Source of the DNA: Mobula hypostoma
Lineage: Eukaryota
Direction: 5' to 3'
Assembly (NCBI RefSeq): GCF_963921235.1
Contig: NC_086102.1
Location: forward strand, 44,144,001 to 44,208,000
DNA: 64,000 nucleotides
Notes under the pieces: model-generated
What the model was told of the DNA's origin: nothing
The model's database searches: none
The model's input: the letters and a program-made list of their open reading frames with translations, nothing else
Shown here: positions 59,224 through 64,000 of the stretch, piece by piece
How the letters are laid out: each line of letters begins with the position of its first letter
Position numbering within the stretch: the first letter of the stretch is position 1
Position numbers and translations under genes: made by a program

Positions 59224-59377
59224 CAGAGGCTTGCCACTGGAGTCAAGTTGGTCCTTATTTCTTCGCAATAGAAGGCTTTTGGTGATGATGTTGAGGCGTT
59301 CACCACCCTTCCTAGTCCCATTATCAACTTGATTCTTCCAAAGCTTAAAATCATCAAATGGGGAGCAGTGAAGGAAT
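59224..59377 (-). CDS. TTF2: TTF2 exon
   Basis: (K)[51 protein letters not shown]. Confidence 0.95.
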
Positions 59378-59619
59378 CTGAAAAAAGGGCAGTTTAGAAA
59401 GATGAACAATTATAATTGGCTCAGCTGCATAGTTAGCTTCAATTAACAAGGCAAAGATATGGGGGTCATATTTTTAAAAAATGCTTAAAGGAAGAGAACA
59501 TATTGAGAATTTTCCAGAATAAACTTGAAATAATCTAGTTATTAATGCAGATAACACAAATAAAATTTGAAACAAATTTAAAAACAAAGCATGAAAATTG
59601 CTCTGGCTTGTCATCTTAC

Positions 59620-59819
59620 TTGAGCAAGGAGTACATATCCAGAAGGTTGTTTTGTATTGGTGTTCCTGTGATTGCCCAGCGAGTTCCAGCTTTGAGTTTA
59701 CATACTGCTATTGATGTTTGAACTTGGGGGTTTTTAATGTTGTGAGCTTCATCCAGGATGATCCGAGACCAAGATATCTTCAGTAGAGGTGAATGAGAGG
59801 ATTCTGGTTTAACTGAAGA
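59620..59819 (-). CDS. TTF2: TTF2 exon (DEAH motif II, motif III)
   Basis: [36 protein letters not shown]...[20 protein letters not shown](K). Confidence 0.95.
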
Positions 59820-60062
59820 CTGAAAACAGCATAACAGCAGAAATGATTTTTCAATGGAACACAGTTACATATAGATGATCAACAAATTACTTACTTTCAT
59901 TGAATTATCCCAAAAGAGTTTAGGATATGGAAGCAAATATTAGATATCTCCCTTACTAACATAATTATAATATACTCAATCCACCCTTCTTAGAAGTTAC
60001 TTAAAGTGTTATCTCACTAAAAATTCTACAGATGCTTAAATTAAAAAAAAAATTCTGATGTA

Positions 60063-61655
60063 CAGTGCCTATAAAAGGTATTCATCACCCCTCAGAAGTT
60101 TTCATGTTTTATTGTTTTGCAACATTGAATCACAGTAGATTTAATTTGGCTTTTTTTGACACTGAACAACAGAAAAAGTCTTTTTCGTGTCAAAGTGAAA
60201 ACAGATCTGTACAAAGTGATCTAAATTAATTGCAAATATAAAAACACAAAATAATTGATTGCATAAATATTCACTCCCTTCAAGTCAGTATTTAGTAGAT
60301 GCACCTTTGGCAGCAATTACAGCCTTGAGTCTATGTGGATAGGTCTCTATCAGTTTTGCACATCTGGCCACTGCAATTTTTCCCCCTTCTTCTGTACAAA
60401 ACTACCCAAACTCTGTCAGATTGCATGGGGATTGTGAGTGAACAGCCCTTTTCAAATCCAGCCACAAATTCTCAGTTGGATTGAGGGCTGGACTCTGACT
60501 TGGCCACTCCAGACATTAACTTTCTTGTTTTTAAACCATTCCTGCGTAGCTTTGGCTTTATGCTTGGGGTCACTGTCTTGCTGCAAAACAAATCTTCTCC
60601 CAAATCCCAGTTCTCTTGCAGACTGCATCAGGTTTTCTTCCAGGACTTCCCTGTATTTTGCTGCATTCATTCTACCTTCTACCTTCACAGGCCTTCCAGG
60701 GCCTGCTGCAGTGAAGCAACCCCACAGCATGATGCAGCCACCACCATGCTTCACAGTAGGGATGGTGTGGTTTTGATGATGTGCAGTGTTTGGCTTACAC
60801 CAAACATAGCGTTTAGTCTGATGGCCAAAAAGCTCGGTTTTGATTTCATCAGACCATAGAACCTTCTTCCAGCTGAATTCAGAGTTTCCCACATGCCTTC
60901 TGGCAAACTCTAGCCGAGATTTCATGTGAGTCTTTTTTTCCGAACAGTGGCTCTCTCTTTATCAGTCTCCCAAAAAGCTGCAACTGGTGAAGCACCCGAG
61001 TAACAGTTTTGTATGCGCAGTCTCTCCCATCTTACTGAAGCTTGTGATTCCTCCAGAGTTGCCATAGGTCTCTTGGTGGCCTGCCTCACTAGTCCCCTTC
61101 TTACAGTCACTGAGCCTTTGAGGACAACCTGCTCAAGGCAGATTTACAGCTGTGCCATATTCTTTCCATTTCCTGATGATTGACTTAACTGTACTCCAAG
61201 TGATACTCAGTGATTTGGAAATATTCTTGTATCCATCTCCTGACCTGGGCTTTCTCAATAACATTTTTGCGGAGTTGCTCGGAGTGTTCTTTTGCCTTCA
61301 TGTGTAGTTTTTGCCAGGATAATGACTCACCAGCAGTTGGACCTTCCAGATACAGGTGTATTTTTACTACAATCAACTGAAACACTCTGACTACACACAC
61401 GTCTCCAAAACCAGATCTCCATTTAACTAATTATGTGACTTCTAAAACTAATTGGCTGCACCAGTGATGATTTGATACATCATATTAAGGCGGGGGGGGG
61501 GGTGAATACTTAATACAATCAATTATTTTGTGTTTTATATTTGTAGTTAATTTGGATCACTTTGTAGAGATCTTTTTTCACTTGACACAGTGTCAAGAAA
61601 AAATGCCAAACAATGTTGTAAAACAACAAAAAATGAAAACTTTTTATAGGCTTTG
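60063..61655 (-). mobile_element. Tc1 transposon, decayed
   Basis: TA-CAGTGCCTATAAAA terminus; transposase 61301 to 60285 (MKAKEHSEQLR..., VLWSDE, QQDSDPKH) with frameshifts. Confidence 0.85.
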
Positions 61656-61776
61656 CCTGTTAGTATGTGACTTTCCCAGTAAGAAGCAATAACAGAGTGC
61701 ACATAAAATTAGTTATCCATCAAGATGGTTCTCTTCAAAGTACCCATGGCATCATGAACCATAACCCTTAACTTAC

Positions 61777-61882
61777 AGATGCTCCTTCATCTTTGGCTGC
61801 ACATTTTCCTTTTTCATTCTTCACTGGGATCTCCTTTGCAACAAGACTATATGTCGTTATAACAACATCAAATTCTGAAAGC
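61777..61882 (-). CDS. TTF2: TTF2 exon
   Basis: (L)LSEFDVVITTYSLVAKEIPVKNEKGKCAAKDEGAS. Confidence 0.95.
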
Positions 61883-62612
61883 CTAAAGAAAAATTTCAAT
61901 AGCCTGGATTATGATTAATAAAATAATGCCATAGCACTTGTTTCATTTCCACTTTCCATATGTCCCTTAATGTCTACTTACCCGAGCCAAGTGAGATATT
62001 CCTTCTAGCTTGCTTATTTCTTCCTACTGGCTTTATTGTTCAATTGCTGGAGCAAACAAATGTCTTGGTGTTCTATGAAGCCACAGATTCACTTTATTAT
62101 TCATTCCCCAACGTTGGGAATGAGAAAGCGGCAAGTGGCCTTGCCTAATGCTTTCCTCGAAGAAAATTTATGGAAATTTTGGGGTATTATATTACTGTGT
62201 GGCTTAATCTATATGCACAGATGAACACAGCTGTGCATCTTCAACTTTACAAACCTAATTTTACACGAATGTTAATAAAATCATTTAGAATCAGTTTACC
62301 AATTATTTGGTTAATTTACTATACTAACACAGACTGATCTGTAATTGTATTTAACATAATTAATTGTAACTGATTTATTACTGCCACATTTACTGAGATA
62401 ACAGTGAGAAGCTTGAATTGCATATTATTCATTCAGATCAATTCATTACCCAGGGACTCGGAATTCATAAAGATCATGAACAAATATATAACAAACGCCG
62501 ACTAAACGTTACACTAAAAAGAAAGTTGAATGTACAATGCTGTCTAAAACATTTTTACAATAGGACAGTAAATGCATTTAAGAATAGGGAGAAGAATGCC
62601 AGAGGTACTCAC

Positions 62613-62763
62613 AGCTTTGCTGATTTCTCTCTGCTGGAGCCATGGTACATGTATATACTTAGTTTATTCTTACAGACATGCCGTTCAATTTCCATTTTCC
62701 AGTGGTGGATTAGAGATGCCGGACAAATAACGAGTGTTCCATTGGAGACAGCAAGAGGACTTT
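62613..62763 (-). CDS. TTF2: TTF2 exon (motif Ia); the gene continues upstream beyond the window
   Basis: SPLAVSNGTLVICPASLIHHWKMEIERHVCKNKLSIYMYHGSSREKSAK(L). Confidence 0.95.
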
Positions 62764-63028
62764 CTGTTGGAAAGCAGATATTTAAATGAAATGTGAAACA
62801 TGATTGCAACATGACAAAAGAAATTGAAAATTCTTGGATTTGCAAGAAATCACATCAATGCCGTGCTGCAATGGGGGAAAACTTCACTCTACAATTAATT
62901 ATGGGATCTTTAAGGGTAAATAGTAGACAAACAAGAAAACTCAGCATTTCTAAAATTTGTGAATATCAAATTGTTTACATCTTACAGCTTAGATAAAATA
63001 ATACAAACCATTACAAACTATAAGCAGT

Positions 63029-63053
63029 CACAAACAAGAGATTCAGCAGATGC

Positions 63054-63084
<31 letters not shown>

Positions 63085-63860
63085 CAGGTCAGGCAGCATC
63101 TGTGGAGGGGAAGAGAATAACAAGTAGGGCTGACACCTTTCATCAGACAGAATATGAGGTGTTGTTCCTCCAGCTGAGTTTGGCTTCATCGTGGCAGTAG
63201 AGGTGGCCATGGACAACATGTCAGAATGAGAATTGAAAAGGGTAGCCAGCGGGAGATCTTGCCTTTTGTGGCGGAGAGAGCAAAGGTGCTCATTGAAACA
63301 ATTCCCCAATCTGCATAGGGTCTCACTCACGTAGAAGCAGCTTCTCAGGGAGCACCAGATACAATAGATAAACCTAACAAATTCACAGAGGAACGCATTT
63401 TGGTGGACCACTTCACTGAGCACCTTCACTCTGTCCACTGGTAAATCTTATAATCATCTCCCCCTTCTCCCTGTTCTTTCTCCATTTCCTATTCCAGTTA
63501 TCCTCTCTCTCCCCCCTTCTATTCTCACTTGCCCATCATCTTCCTCTGGTTCTGCTCTTCATTCCCTTCCTTCCATAGTCCACTGTCTTCTCCTATTAAA
63601 TTCTCGCTTCTTCTACAGCTCTTTACCTCTTCCACCAACCAGCTTCTTACTTCATCCTCTCTGCCCACCCACCTACCTTCCCCATCACCAGATTTCACTG
63701 GTCTCCTGCCTACTTGTACTACTTCTTACTCTGGCTTCTGCCCCCTTCCTTTCCAACCCCGATGAAGGGGATCAGCCTAAAACGATGACTGTTTTTTCCC
63801 CTTCATAGATGCTGTCTGACATGCCAAGTTCCTCCAGTACTTTGTGTGTTGTTCAAACTT
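63029..63860. mobile_element. Old Penelope-like fragment with inverted pLTR, containing a (CA)13 microsatellite at 63054-63079
   Basis: Minus-strand ETLCRLGNCFNEHLCSL GIY-YIG remnant; plus-strand pLTR tail with decayed hammerhead near 63755-63790. Confidence 0.65.
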
Positions 63861-64000
63861 TAAACAATATCAGACTTAAATGTTTGAATTTTTACTAAAC
63901 AAGTTGTAAAGTAAAATGGAGACAAGTTTATAAACAAAACAATTCAAGCAGAATGTTTCTAAATTGCCATATAGATGAAGTAAATCTCTGAGAGTACATT

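Overview
Vertebrate genomic DNA, most likely a cartilaginous fish and probably a ray (inferred from the CR1/Penelope/V-SINE repeat families). The window is repeat-dense and holds the 3' parts of two convergent genes. (1) Minus strand: the last 13 coding exons of TTF2 (SNF2-family helicase, motif Ia to the C-terminal ...[10 protein letters not shown]), 62763 to 21768. All have GT-AG borders and splice in frame; the last intron is 18.7 kb. (2) Plus strand: an unidentified Ig-superfamily membrane gene with a C1-set exon (1-292), a transmembrane exon carrying an intramembrane Arg (17660-17752) and a tentative short tail exon (20646-20698). The rest is transposons: a young 4.9-kb Gypsy/Gmr1-type LTR element whose pol is eroded but still in one open 970-codon frame, many CR1 LINEs, Penelope-like elements carrying minimal hammerhead-ribozyme motifs and inverted 5' arms, a HERO-like RLE retrotransposon, a hAT fossil, two Tc1 elements (one nested Tc1>Tigger>hairpin retroelement), tRNA-derived SINEs and a solo-LTR-like element. 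No tRNA, rRNA or CRISPR features. The best leads are the orphan C1-set receptor, the frame-preserving defective LTR element and the ribozyme-bearing mini-retroelements. All alignments and identities were judged by eye.
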